Below are positions 20,909-30,389 of a DNA stretch of 32,000 nucleotides, one piece after another. The notes under the pieces were generated by a model. The model was not told where the DNA came from, ran no database searches, and saw only the letters and a program-made list of their open reading frames with translations. The DNA lies in NCBI GenBank assembly GCA_036676455.1, contig JAKFCW010000137.1:13783-45782 (forward strand), in the 5' to 3' direction. The position numbers were made by a program, and so were the translations under genes. This DNA comes from Candidatus Sericytochromatia bacterium (GTDB taxonomy: Bacteria; Cyanobacteriota; Sericytochromatia; S15B-MN24; UBA4093). Within the stretch, counting starts at the first letter, position 1. Each line of letters begins with the position of its first letter.

Positions 20909-21181
20909 TTAGCGCCGGGTTGAGAACCCCGTGAACTCGCCAGTGGGCGCTTCCCAGCGGACCTCGACGTGGTCGACATGCGCGGCGGGAGGGCCGACGT
21001 GGCAGAAGGCGACGAGGTGCTCGAGCGCGTCGGGGGAGCCCTCGGCGATCGCCTCGACCCGCCCGTCGGAGAGGTTGCGTACCCAGCCTGTCAGGCCGAG
21101 CTCGCGGGCGCGGTTCTCGGTGGATTGCCGGAAGAAGACCCCCTGCACCCGCCCCGAGACCCAGAGATGGACCCGACGCAC
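20909..21181 (-). CDS. acyP: Acylphosphatase
   Basis: 'VRRVHLWVSGRVQGVFFRQSTENRARELGLTGWVRNLSDGRVEAIAEG'. GTG at 21181 is 2 nt after the stop of the upstream hydrolase gene. Confidence 0.93.
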   Translation of the reverse strand: MRRVHLWVSGRVQGVFFRQSTENRARELGLTGWVRNLSDGRVEAIAEGSPDALEHLVAFCHVGPPAAHVDHVEVRWEAPTGEFTGFSTRR

Positions 21182-21183
21182 CC

Positions 21184-22089
21184 TCAGGCCTCCGAGGGAA
21201 TGCTCGACTGATCGGCCTCGCGCTGAATGCCGGCAAGCCCACCCATCCAATCGATCACGACCTGCGCGAATTCCTCGCCCTGCGCGTCGCCCATGAGGTT
21301 GTGCCCGGAGCCCACGAAGCGCACCCACTGCTTGTCCTCGGAGGCCAGCGCGTCATAGACCTCGCGCGACTGCGGGTTGAGGATCACCGCGTCCTCGCTG
21401 CCCACCGCGACCAGCATCGGGCGCGAAACCTGCGCAGCGACCCGGACGTTGTCGGCGCCTCCCCCCAAGTAGGGGAAGTTGGTGACGGGCATCTGGGTCT
21501 GCAGCGCCAGCAGCGCCTCGGCACGCGCGATGGCTTCCGGCGAATGGAAGCAGTCCTTGATCTTGAACTGGTAAGGCACCCGCACGTGAACGCCGAAGAA
21601 CTGGTGCAGCGGCCTCGCCACCAGCCGGTACGCACCCTCGTAAAGCACGAACTCGATTGGCTTCGTAACCTGCTTCAGCTGGGCCGGAGGGGCCACCGCG
21701 ACGCCCCCGAGGAAGTCAGTGCCGTGCTTTGCCAGCATCCGCAGGGTCGAGAAGTTGCCGACGCTGAAGCCCAGGAGGAAGAGGCGGGCGGAATCGACCT
21801 CGGGATGGCCCTTCAGGGCTTCCACGGCCCGGCTGAGGTCGTCGAGGTGGGATTCTTCGGTGTAGTAGCCCCGCTCACCGGCGCTGGCGCCGTGGCCCCG
21901 GAAGTCGAAGGTCAGCACCGCGTAGCCCGCCTGAGCGAGGCGCGCGGGGAAGTCCATGAATTCTTCCTTGGCGGCGAGGTAGCCGTGGGCCAGGACGATG
22001 CCCGGATGGGGCGCGGGGCCCGACTCGGGCAGGTAGAGCTTGGCCGCGAGGGGGACGTCGCCGGGGATCTGCAGGTCGATGACAGGCAC
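21184..22089 (-). CDS. Alpha/beta hydrolase (serine aminopeptidase S33-like)
   Basis: 'VLAHGYLAAKEEFMDFPARLAQAGYAVLTFDFRGHGAS', nucleophile-elbow-like 'LLGFSVGNFS' and catalytic-type 'GSGHNLMG'. GTG at 22089 with AAGGAGG upstream; the listed 702-aa ORF over-extends. Confidence 0.85.
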   Translation of the reverse strand: MPVIDLQIPGDVPLAAKLYLPESGPAPHPGIVLAHGYLAAKEEFMDFPARLAQAGYAVLTFDFRGHGASAGERGYYTEESHLDDLSRAVEALKGHPEVDSARLFLLGFSVGNFSTLRMLAKHGTDFLGGVAVAPPAQLKQVTKPIEFVLYEGAYRLVARPLHQFFGVHVRVPYQFKIKDCFHSPEAIARAEALLALQTQMPVTNFPYLGGGADNVRVAAQVSRPMLVAVGSEDAVILNPQSREVYDALASEDKQWVRFVGSGHNLMGDAQGEEFAQVVIDWMGGLAGIQREADQSSIPSEA

Positions 22090-22124
22090 GGGGATCCTCC
22101 TTGATGGGGCGATGCTTGCGGGGG

Positions 22125-23954
22125 CTACTTGAGCTGGCCGGAGCGCAGGATGGAGATCAGCAGCCAGAGGCCGAGAAGCCCACCCATGACGAAGGTGAAG
22201 AAGCTGAGGGCGTGGAAGCCCATGATATGGGGGCCGGACGGGATGGGCGCCAGCAGGGCCGCGCCCACGATGAGGGCGGCGGTCAGCAGGCTGAAGGCCA
22301 CCTTGTTGCCGATGACCGTCATGGTCCGCTCCAGGCGGGCCAGGTTGCGGACCTCGTACTCGATGCGCAGCTGGCCGGAGTTGGCGGCCGCCAGCAGATC
22401 GTCGATCCGGCGAGGCGTCTTCAGCAGCAAGTTCTTCCAGTCCACCGCGATGCGCATCACTTCCTGGGCGCTCATCATGGAGGTGAACTGACGCTGGACC
22501 ATCGTGCGGATGAAGGGCTCCGCGACGTTGATCAGCATGTAGTCCTTGTCGAGCTGCCGGCAGATGCCCTCGGTGGTCACCAGGACGCGGGCGATCATGA
22601 GGAACGAGGTTGGCATGCGGACCCGGTACTGGACCATGAGGTCCATGACCCGCTGAAGCAGCTTGCCGATCTGCACTTCGCCGACCGGCTTGCCCAGGAA
22701 CTCGCGCATGACGTGGTCGAGCTCGATGGTGAGGCGCTGCTTGTCGATGGGGCCCTGCGGGTGGCCGTACTCGAGGATCCGGTCGGTGGCGCGCGCGGCG
22801 TCGAACTGGATCATGGCCAGCAGGAAGTCGATCAGGATCTCGCGGGAGCGGGGATCCAGCCGGCCGACCATGCCGAAGTCGATCAGGACCAGGGTGGGCA
22901 TGGCGCTGAGATCCCCGTCCCGGAACTGGAACATGACGTTCCCGGGGTGGGGATCGGCGTGGAAGAAGCCGTCCACGAAGATCTGGCGCAGGAAGGCGAC
23001 GGTGAGGTTCTGGGCGATGCGCTGGCGCTGGGGCAACGAGAGCGCGATCTGCGGCTCTTCGCCGTTCTTGCGCGGGAACAGCGCCGAGACCTTGGCGCCG
23101 TGCATGAACTCGATGGCCATCACGCGGCGGGAGGTGTACTCCCAAAAGACGGTGGGGGTCCGGACCAGAGCGCCGTAATCGCGGTGGAGGTTGCTGCCGA
23201 TGGTCTCGGTGTTGGCGGCCTCCAGCGTGAAGTCGGTCTCGTTGCGGATGACGACGGAGAATTCCTCGGCCAGTCCGGAGATGTTGTTCCACTTGCCCCA
23301 GTTGGTGCGGGTGGTGATGAGGCGGGCGAATTCCAGCAGGACCGCGATGTCGGCCTCGATGACGTGGTCGATGCCGGGGCGCTGCACCTTGATGATGGCC
23401 GGGACCAGCTCTCCCTTGGGATCGCGGATCTTGGCCTTGTAGACCTGTCCTAGCGAGCCGGCGGCCAGGGGGATGGTGTCGAACTCGGGGAAGATGTCGT
23501 AGACGGTGCGGGCCGGCTCGGTGTGGCGTGCGTTGTACTCGCCGAGGATGACGGCTTCCATCTCGGTCCAGGGGGCGGGGGAAACCTGCTCCTGGAGCTT
23601 GGCGAGCTCGTCGATGTACGGCTGAGGCAAGAGGTCGGCGCGGGTCGAGAGGACCTGACCGAGCTTGACGAAGGTGGGGCCCAGCTCCTCGAGGATCTGC
23701 CGCAGGACGGTGGGCAGGGGCAGGGCGAGGTCGATGTCGGGATCGTCGGCCTCGGCTTCCTGTCTCAGGAAGGAGGAGACGGCGAGCTTCTGGCGCAGGC
23801 CGGGAGGCACGAAGTCGAAGAGGCTGAGCTTGAAGATGAGGGCGTCCCAGCCATACTTGAGGAGGATCGAGGCGATCTCGACCCGGCGCTGATGGGGGGT
23901 AGGGGGCAGTCCAGGGGCGCGGCCCTTCCCCGATGGGGTTTCAGCGATACTCAT
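22125..23954 (-). CDS. ABC1/AarF/UbiB-family atypical kinase
   Basis: 'LGPTFVKLGQVLSTRADLLPQPYIDELAKLQEQV', 'LAAGSLGQVYKAKI', 'VDGFFHADPHPGNVMF' and 'LVLIDFGMVGRLDP', plus two C-terminal TM segments. Confidence 0.95.
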   Translation of the reverse strand: MSIAETPSGKGRAPGLPPTPHQRRVEIASILLKYGWDALIFKLSLFDFVPPGLRQKLAVSSFLRQEAEADDPDIDLALPLPTVLRQILEELGPTFVKLGQVLSTRADLLPQPYIDELAKLQEQVSPAPWTEMEAVILGEYNARHTEPARTVYDIFPEFDTIPLAAGSLGQVYKAKIRDPKGELVPAIIKVQRPGIDHVIEADIAVLLEFARLITTRTNWGKWNNISGLAEEFSVVIRNETDFTLEAANTETIGSNLHRDYGALVRTPTVFWEYTSRRVMAIEFMHGAKVSALFPRKNGEEPQIALSLPQRQRIAQNLTVAFLRQIFVDGFFHADPHPGNVMFQFRDGDLSAMPTLVLIDFGMVGRLDPRSREILIDFLLAMIQFDAARATDRILEYGHPQGPIDKQRLTIELDHVMREFLGKPVGEVQIGKLLQRVMDLMVQYRVRMPTSFLMIARVLVTTEGICRQLDKDYMLINVAEPFIRTMVQRQFTSMMSAQEVMRIAVDWKNLLLKTPRRIDDLLAAANSGQLRIEYEVRNLARLERTMTVIGNKVAFSLLTAALIVGAALLAPIPSGPHIMGFHALSFFTFVMGGLLGLWLLISILRSGQLK

Positions 23955-24034
23955 GCGTTCCTGGTCGGTGATGCGGGGGCGATGATTCGGCGGACACGGG
24001 CCCCGCTTGAAGTGGCGATGACGTCTCCCTCAGT

Positions 24035-25033
24035 TTACCAGGACATCACGTTCTCGGCAAAGCGGGCGTTGTCGGAGGCTTTCCACTGCGCCGTGCTGTC
24101 GGGACCGGCCTCGTCGGAGAACAGGGACGCGTCGGCGATCGCCACGACTTGGCTGCGCCCCAAAGGCCCCATCGCGGCCAGCGTCTGGGCGCCCACATCC
24201 CAGCGCAAGATCCGGATCGCCTTCGGATCCGTGCCCAAGAGCGCCTGGGCTGGGGCTGAAACCGAGAGCACGCCCGCGGTGAAGACGGTGACGCCGGTGG
24301 AGATGCCCGAGGCGAGCGGGCTGGGGCTGATGGAGGTGAGCGTGAGCCAGGATTGAGGCTGTCCTTCGCTGCCGTAGGTGCGGACCTGGCCGGACTCGAA
24401 GGAGATGCCGGCCTTGCTCGACAGCGACGTCAATGCCGCCAGGTCGATGCCGTCGTAGCCGCCCCATTCGCCCAGCAGGACCAGCTTGGTGCCGGCGTGG
24501 GCCGCGCGCATGTACTCGGTGTAGGCCTCCTCGTTGAACCATGCGGGGCAGCTGAGGACCACGACGTCGACGTTGGCGGGGATGGGGCCGGCGGAGAGCG
24601 TGGAGACGGAGAACCCCTTGTTGACCAGGTGGCTCTTGAGGCCCTCCATGGGCACTGGAGCCGAGAAGCGCTCGTCCCAGATGACCGTGACGGGCGTCTC
24701 GCGCTTGGCCAGGGTCACCGCTCCCGATTGTGCGTCGACCTCCATGCGGCCGTAGCCGGTCTTTTGCACCCTGACCTTGCCCGTGACTCCTTGCAGCTCC
24801 ACGCGGCCCGCGGCGTCGGCAATGGCTCCCTTGCCGTCCGAACTGGCCACCGCGCCCGGCAGCGCCAGGCCCGCCTGATCGGTGATCACAGCCTTGAACG
24901 TCACCCCGCCCCAGGGGTTCCAGCCGCAGCCTCCGAGCGCCAGGGCCAGGCCCAGGATCACGGCCGGCCGGGAGGGAAGCGGCTTGGCAGGAGGCTTAGC
25001 GGGCTTCTCGATGGGCGGCTTAATGAGCATCAT
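24035..25033 (-). CDS. Putative lipoprotein: carboxypeptidase-regulatory-like/Ig-like domain plus a GATase-fold-like domain
   Basis: 'ILGLALALGGCGW' lipobox, 'VTFKAVITDQAGLALPGAVASSDGKGAIADAAGRVEL', then 'VDVVVLSCPAWFNEEAYTEYMRAAHAGTKLVLLGEWGGYDG'. Overlaps the upstream subtilase gene by 14 nt. Confidence 0.65.
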   Translation of the reverse strand: MMLIKPPIEKPAKPPAKPLPSRPAVILGLALALGGCGWNPWGGVTFKAVITDQAGLALPGAVASSDGKGAIADAAGRVELQGVTGKVRVQKTGYGRMEVDAQSGAVTLAKRETPVTVIWDERFSAPVPMEGLKSHLVNKGFSVSTLSAGPIPANVDVVVLSCPAWFNEEAYTEYMRAAHAGTKLVLLGEWGGYDGIDLAALTSLSSKAGISFESGQVRTYGSEGQPQSWLTLTSISPSPLASGISTGVTVFTAGVLSVSAPAQALLGTDPKAIRILRWDVGAQTLAAMGPLGRSQVVAIADASLFSDEAGPDSTAQWKASDNARFAENVMSW

Positions 25034-26114
25034 GGGCCCCCTTGCGCATGGCTTGCGTGACGTTGAGGCGCCCCAGCCCGAAGTAGGGATCCGGGCCCAC
25101 CGGCCCCAGGTCGTCGGCCGTCGCCTGGAGGCGGGTGCGGACCTGCTCGGCCGTGAGCCGGGTGTCCGAGGCGAACAAGAGGGCGGCGGCGGCCGTCACG
25201 TGCGGAGCCGCCATGGACGTGCCCACCATGCCCCCGTAGGCATGCGGAGCGCTCACGCCCTTCTTGTAGTCGGAGGCCGTGAGGTACGTCGGCCAGGTGC
25301 TCATCACCGACTCGGAGCCGTCCCCGCCGGGCGCCGAGATGGCCAGCTCGGGCCCGCGGTTGGAGTAGGACGCCAGCTGATCCTTGATGGTCGTGGCCCC
25401 CACCGCGAGGCTGACCGGCTCGGCGGCCGGGTAATCCACCCCGCGTTCACGGTTGCCGGCCGCCACCACCACCAGCACGTCCTTGCTGAGCGCGTAGCGG
25501 ATCGCCTCCTCGAGGACCGCCGAGGAGGTCTTGCCTCCCACGCTCAGGTTGATCACCCGCACCCGCAGGTCCGGGCGGGCCGGATCCCGGTAGTCCACCG
25601 CCGCGCGCACGCCCCGGGCGATCGTCCGGTCGTCGCCCACTCCCGAGTTCCCGATGGCCTTCACCGGCAGGATCGACGCGTTGGCCGACCCCATCACCCG
25701 GGCCATGATGCCGGCGATATGCGTGCCATGCCCGTTGCCGTCACGGCCCTTGTAGTCGATGCGCGAGTCGTACGTGTCGTCGCCGACCATGTCCTGCATC
25801 GGCAGCAGGCGCCCCGCGAGATCCGGGTGCCGGGGATCGACGCCCGTGTCCACCACGGCCGCGGCGACCTGCCCCGCGTAGGGGGCTTCGACCTGCGAAC
25901 CCACGCCGATCTGCAGGAGGTTCCAGCTATCGCCCGTGCCCTCCGCGGTGGCCACCACCACGTATTCCGCCTGGATCTTGTAGGTGCCCGCGGCGGGAAA
26001 CTCCAGCGGCCGCCAGACGCAGCCCGGCAGCAAGCCCAGCAGGCCGATCAGGCCGAGCGCCAGCCTCGCCCCGCGTCGCGGAGAGAGCAGCGAAAGCAAG
26101 CGTTCGGAGCGCAT
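25020..26114 (-). CDS. Subtilisin-like S8 serine peptidase, putative lipoprotein
   Basis: Catalytic-triad contexts 'VVDTGVDPRHPDLAG', 'DGNGHGTHIAGIMA' and 'VGTSMAAPHVTAAAAL'. N-terminal 'LIGLLGLLPGC'. Confidence 0.93.
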   Translation of the reverse strand: MRSERLLSLLSPRRGARLALGLIGLLGLLPGCVWRPLEFPAAGTYKIQAEYVVVATAEGTGDSWNLLQIGVGSQVEAPYAGQVAAAVVDTGVDPRHPDLAGRLLPMQDMVGDDTYDSRIDYKGRDGNGHGTHIAGIMARVMGSANASILPVKAIGNSGVGDDRTIARGVRAAVDYRDPARPDLRVRVINLSVGGKTSSAVLEEAIRYALSKDVLVVVAAGNRERGVDYPAAEPVSLAVGATTIKDQLASYSNRGPELAISAPGGDGSESVMSTWPTYLTASDYKKGVSAPHAYGGMVGTSMAAPHVTAAAALLFASDTRLTAEQVRTRLQATADDLGPVGPDPYFGLGRLNVTQAMRKGAHDAH

Positions 26115-26249
26115 GGCGAACCTCCTTCGGAAGGACCTCCCCCCAGCTTATCGGGGGGGCTTCGAGGGGGCCATGGAAAGCTTGACGAAGGGACTTGTTC
26201 ACCATGCCAGAAGCGAGGGTATAGCCCCCTCATGTCAAAGGAGGTTCCC

Positions 26250-27815
26250 ATGGCCGTCGAACGCCCCCGCCCCTTGCGCCGCCGCCACCAGCAACTCGCC
26301 AGCCTCGATTCCTTCATCAAGGCCTGCTACCCCCTGATCGTCGTCACCACCCACGAGGAACGCCGCTTCCTCACCGGCGTCCAGGAGCGCTACGGCGCCC
26401 GCGGCGTCTACCAGTGGACCTACACGAGCGGCCTGGTCAACCTCGTCGACGGCCGGCTCGTCCATCCTGACACCATCGGCGACCCCCTGGCCGCCCTCAA
26501 GACCGTCATGAAGATGCCCCAGGGCCTCTACACCTTCTGCGATCTGCATCCATGGCTGGGAGAGACGCCCGCACCCGAGCGCAACGCCGTCGTCCGCCTG
26601 CTGCGCGACCTCTACTACCAGATCCGGCGCTTCCGGGAGACCAACAAGGCGCTGCTGTTGCTCTCCCCCGTGCTGGCCATCCCGCCCGAGCTCGAGAAGG
26701 AAGTCGTCGTCTATGACTTCCCCCTCCCCGATCGCGAGGCCCTCGGCCACCTGCTCGATGAGCACATGGAACGCGCCAAGCGCACCGCCGAGGCCCAGCT
26801 CCTGCTCAAGCCCGAGGACAAGGAGCTGCTGCTCGAGGCCGCCTTGGGCCTCACGCTGGACGAGGCGGACAACGCCTTCTCGGCGGCGCTACTCAACGAT
26901 CGGGTCCTTGACGCCAGCGACCTGCACACCATCCACGCCGAGAAGCAATTGATCATCCGGAAGTCCGGCATCCTCGACTACACGCCCGTCGAGGAGGGCA
27001 TGGAGGCCGTGGGTGGCCTGGAGAACCTCAAGGACTGGCTGCGCAAGCGCCGCCGCAGCTACACCGCCGAGGCACGGGCCTTCGGCCTGCCCCAGCCCAA
27101 GGGGCTGCTGCTGACGGGCGTGCAGGGGTGCGGCAAGTCGCTGTCGGCCAAGGCGATCGCCCAGGACTGGAAGCTGCCGCTGTTGCGCCTCGATGTGGGC
27201 AAGGTCTTCGGGGGATTCGTGGGCAGCAGCGAGGAGAACATGCGGCGCGCCATCAAGCTCGCCGAGGCCATCAGCCCGTGCGTGCTCTGGGTGGACGAGA
27301 TCGAGAAGGGCTTCAGCGGCATGCAGGGCAGTGGCGCCTCCGACGGCGGCACCGCCATGCGCGTCTTCAGCACGTTCATCACATGGCTGCAGGAGAAGCA
27401 GTCCAACGTCTTCGTGGTCGCCACCGCCAACCAGATTGCCAGCCTGCCCCCGGAATTGCTGCGCAAGGGCCGCTTCGACGAGATCTTCTTCATCGACCTG
27501 CCCTCGGAGGCCGAGCGCCGGACGATCTTCGGGATTCACCTGGCCAAGCGCCGGCGCAACCCCCGGCTCTTCGACATTGCCGCCCTGGCGGCCGATTCTG
27601 CGGGCTTCTCCGGCGCCGAGATCGAGCAGGTGGTCATCGCGGCGCTCTTCGAGGCCTTCGACGCCGGCCAGGAGCTGGGCATGCCGCACCTGCGCGATGC
27701 CATCCGCAAGACGGTTCCTCTGTCGATCACCATGCAGGAGGGCGTCTCGCGCATCCGGGAGTGGGCTAGCAAACGCGCGGTAAGCGCCTCGCGAGGGCCG
27801 GCGGGCTCCGCCTGA
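26250..27815 (+). CDS. AAA+ ATPase, Ycf46-like
   Basis: '[48 protein letters not shown]' (Walker A), '[13 protein letters not shown]' (Walker B) and '[31 protein letters not shown]'. Start placed at the ATG after AAAGGAGG; the 977-aa listed ORF is an over-extension antisense to the subtilase. Confidence 0.88.
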   Translation: MAVERPRPLRRRHQQLASLDSFIKACYPLIVVTTHEERRFLTGVQERYGARGVYQWTYTSGLVNLVDGRLVHPDTIGDPLAALKTVMKMPQGLYTFCDLHPWLGETPAPERNAVVRLLRDLYYQIRRFRETNKALLLLSPVLAIPPELEKEVVVYDFPLPDREALGHLLDEHMERAKRTAEAQLLLKPEDKELLLEAALGLTLDEADNAFSAALLNDRVLDASDLHTIHAEKQLIIRKSGILDYTPVEEGMEAVGGLENLKDWLRKRRRSYTAEARAFGLPQPKGLLLTGVQGCGKSLSAKAIAQDWKLPLLRLDVGKVFGGFVGSSEENMRRAIKLAEAISPCVLWVDEIEKGFSGMQGSGASDGGTAMRVFSTFITWLQEKQSNVFVVATANQIASLPPELLRKGRFDEIFFIDLPSEAERRTIFGIHLAKRRRNPRLFDIAALAADSAGFSGAEIEQVVIAALFEAFDAGQELGMPHLRDAIRKTVPLSITMQEGVSRIREWASKRAVSASRGPAGSA

Positions 27816-27901
27816 GCCCCTCGGGACGCTGCTTTAGACGGCTGTTCAGAAGCCCTGAACTCGGTGACGGATCCCACAGTCGCGACGCAAGTTCGGCGCT
27901 A

Positions 27902-27930
27902 TTGTAATGAGGGTCGACGGGTGATATAGT
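27902..27930 (+). promoter_or_regulatory. Candidate promoter for the yggS-sepF-proC-yggT cluster
   Basis: TTGTAA (27902-27907), 17-nt spacer, TATAGT (27925-27930), 34 nt upstream of the start codons. Confidence 0.4.
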
Positions 27931-27964
27931 CGGTTGGCAACCACCACCATGCCTGTTTGTTGAC

Positions 27965-28687
27965 GTGATGCTGTCCGACTTGACCGCCAATCTGGCTACC
28001 GTTCGCGCCCGACTTGAGCGGGCGGCTGAGCGCTCGGGCAGGGATCCTGCAAGCATCCGCCTGGTGGCGGTGACCAAGCAGGTGGACGCGGATCGCATCC
28101 GCGAGCTGCACTCCCTGGGCGTTCGAACGGTCGGGGAGAACCGGGTTCAGGAGGCGCTTCGCAAGCAAGCGGAGCTGGCGGATCTGGACCTCGCGTGGCA
28201 CCTGATCGGTCACCTGCAGACCAACAAGGTCAAGCAGGTCATCGGAGCCTTCGATCTCGTTCACGGAGTGGACTCCGTGAAGCTCGCCCGAGCGCTGGAC
28301 GCCCGCGCGCAGGAAGTCTGGCAGGGGAAGACCCGCCAGGACGTCCTCTTGCAGGTCAACGTCGCGAGGGAAGCGAGTAAACATGGTTTTTTTCCGGAGG
28401 ATCTACCGGCTGCCGCCCAGGAGATCCTGAGCTTGGAGCACCTGAACCTTCGCGGCCTGATGACGGTGGCGCCCTACGCGGCGGACCCGGAATCGGTCCG
28501 GGGAGTCTTTAGGCGGCTGCGCGACCTGCGCGACGCGTGCCAACGCGTGGCCGGAGACCGCACGGAATTGAGCGAACTTTCGATGGGGATGAGTCAGGAC
28601 TTTGCTGTCGCCATCGAAGAAGGGGCCACGATCGTCCGGATCGGCACGGCTCTTTTTGGAAGACGACCGGCTATACAGCAATTCTAA
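27965..28687 (+). CDS. yggS: YggS/PLPBP-family pyridoxal-phosphate homeostasis protein
   Basis: 'IRLVAVTKQVDADRIRELHSLGVRTVGENRVQEAL', 'WHLIGHLQTNKVKQV' and 'ELSMGMSQDFAVAIEEGATIVRIGTALFG'. The exact start could be the ATG at 27968. Confidence 0.95.
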   Translation: MMLSDLTANLATVRARLERAAERSGRDPASIRLVAVTKQVDADRIRELHSLGVRTVGENRVQEALRKQAELADLDLAWHLIGHLQTNKVKQVIGAFDLVHGVDSVKLARALDARAQEVWQGKTRQDVLLQVNVAREASKHGFFPEDLPAAAQEILSLEHLNLRGLMTVAPYAADPESVRGVFRRLRDLRDACQRVAGDRTELSELSMGMSQDFAVAIEEGATIVRIGTALFGRRPAIQQF

Positions 28688-28693
28688 GGAGGC

Positions 28694-29164
28694 ATGATGA
28701 GCGCCGAGATCTGGAGCAAGGTGAAGACCTTCGTGGGACTAGATGGGGACCTCGACGAGGTTTACGAAGAGGATGAGACGGTGACGAACGAGCCCAAGAA
28801 GCCGGCCCGCAACATCGTGGGCCTTCCCGCCCCCAATTCCCAGGAGATGGTCGTCCTCGAGCCCCGCAGCTTCGACGACGCCCTCGGGATCATCGAGAAC
28901 CTGCGCTCCCGCCGCGCGGTCATCCTCAACCTGAACGGCCTCACCGCCGAGCAGTCGCAGCGCCTCGTCGACTTCGTGTCCGGCGCCTGCCACGCCCTCG
29001 ACGGCAACCAGGAGCGGATCGGCGACGCCATCTTCCTGTTCGCCCCCTCCAACGTCAAGATCAACGCCCTCCACGCCGAGCAGTCGTGGATGCCCGGCGC
29101 CAGCCAGGCCGCGGCCGCCGCGACCACCGCTCCCTCCAAGGACCTCTTCTGGCGCGTTCGCTAG
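28694..29164 (+). CDS. sepF: Cell division protein SepF
   Basis: 'MVVLEPRSFDDALGIIENLRSRRAVILNLNGLTAEQSQRLVDFVSGACHALDGNQERIGDAIFLFAPSNVKI' is the classic SepF domain. Confidence 0.95.
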   Translation: MMSAEIWSKVKTFVGLDGDLDEVYEEDETVTNEPKKPARNIVGLPAPNSQEMVVLEPRSFDDALGIIENLRSRRAVILNLNGLTAEQSQRLVDFVSGACHALDGNQERIGDAIFLFAPSNVKINALHAEQSWMPGASQAAAAATTAPSKDLFWRVR

Positions 29165-29185
29165 AACGATCCCAGGAGCTCAACC

Positions 29186-30028
29186 GTGCCTTCCAAGCCC
29201 CAGCTCGCCTTCATCGGAGGCGGCACCATGGCGGAGGCCCTGATCAAGGGCCTCCTCAACCAGGGTCTCTTCGAGCCCTCGGCGCTGCTCGTCAGTGACC
29301 CGCTAGAGGCACGTCTATCCACCCTGCGAGAGACCTACGGCATCCAGACCACCTCGGACAACCTCCGGGCCGTGGAAGCCGATGCCGTCCTCTTCGCCGT
29401 CAAGCCGGCGCAACTTCCGGACGTCCTGCGCGAGGTCGGGCCCCACTGGCGCCCGACCTGCCTGGGTCTCACGATCGTCGCGGGCTTCCGGCTCGACCTC
29501 TTCGCGCCTTACTTCCCCCAGGGCACTCCCCCCCTGGTCCGGGCCATGCCCAACACCCCCTGCGTCATCGGCGAGGGGATCTCGGCGATCGCCCCCAACC
29601 CCGACGTCACGCCCGACCAGCTCGAACTGGCCCGCACCATCTTCCGCGCCGTCGGCGAGGTCCTCGAACTCCCCGAGCACTACTTCGACGCCGTCACCGG
29701 CCTCAGCGGATCGGGGCCCGCGTATGTTACCCTGATCATTGAGGCCCTCATCGAGGCCGGCGTCCAGCAGGGGCTGCCGCGCCGCATCTCGCGCGAACTG
29801 GTTTGCCAGACCGTGAAGGGGGCCACGATGCTCGTCCAGCAATCCGGCAAGCACCCCGCGGAGCTCAAGGACCAGGTCACCACCCCCGCCGGGACCACCG
29901 CCGCCGGACTGCACGTGCTCGAGCAAGCCGCAATTCGCGCCACCCTGGCCCAGGCGGTCAGGGCGGCCACCGAACGCTCCATGGCCCTCGCGCCCGCCGC
30001 GACCCCGGAGCCCCAGCGGCAACACTGA
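29186..30028 (+). CDS. proC: Pyrroline-5-carboxylate reductase
   Basis: 'LAFIGGGTMAEALIKGLL', 'LVRAMPNTPCVIGEG', 'GLSGSGPAYV' and 'QVTTPAGTTAAGLHVLEQAAIRA'. GTG start. Confidence 0.96.
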   Translation: MPSKPQLAFIGGGTMAEALIKGLLNQGLFEPSALLVSDPLEARLSTLRETYGIQTTSDNLRAVEADAVLFAVKPAQLPDVLREVGPHWRPTCLGLTIVAGFRLDLFAPYFPQGTPPLVRAMPNTPCVIGEGISAIAPNPDVTPDQLELARTIFRAVGEVLELPEHYFDAVTGLSGSGPAYVTLIIEALIEAGVQQGLPRRISRELVCQTVKGATMLVQQSGKHPAELKDQVTTPAGTTAAGLHVLEQAAIRATLAQAVRAATERSMALAPAATPEPQRQH

Positions 30029-30093
30029 ACGCCGGCGGCCGTCTTGCGGCCACCCGCGCATCATCGTCTCCGGCTCTTGGGAAGAGGTAAGTC

Positions 30094-30369
30094 ATGGCCT
30101 TTATCGTCACCGTTCTCTACTCGCTCTTCCGGCTCTGGTCGCTGCTGCTGCTGGTCTGGGTCGTCCTCTCCTGGATCCCCCAGATCCCGCGCCACCACCC
30201 CGCCGTCCAGTTCGTCGGCCGCATCATCGAGCCCACCGTCGCCCCCTTCCGCCGGGTCCTGCCCATGTCCATCGGCATCGACCTCAGCCCGATGATCGCC
30301 TACTTCGTCTACTCCATTGCGATCCGCCTCATCGCTGGCATCCTGATGGGAGCCGAAGGCGCACTCTAA
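30094..30369 (+). CDS. yggT: YggT-family membrane protein
   Basis: Small two-TM protein 'LLLVWVVLSWIPQIPRHHPAVQFVGRIIEPTVAPFRRVLP' immediately after proC. Confidence 0.9.
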   Translation: MAFIVTVLYSLFRLWSLLLLVWVVLSWIPQIPRHHPAVQFVGRIIEPTVAPFRRVLPMSIGIDLSPMIAYFVYSIAIRLIAGILMGAEGAL

Positions 30370-30389
30370 GCCCGCCGGCTGGCCTCCCC

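Noticed and set aside
20133-21242. 369-aa minus-strand ORF spanning the terminator, the 185-aa gene and acyP
   Set aside because: Low-quality composition, overlaps better supported genes and crosses an intrinsic terminator.
21184-23292. A 702-aa fusion ending in the alpha/beta hydrolase
   Set aside because: The N-terminal ~400 aa are frame-shadow of the aarF gene. The GTG at 22089 with AAGGAGG is a better start.
24882-27815. A single 977-aa protein on the + strand
   Set aside because: The first ~456 residues are the shadow of the minus-strand subtilase gene. The real AAA+ start, with a ribosome-binding site, is at 26250.
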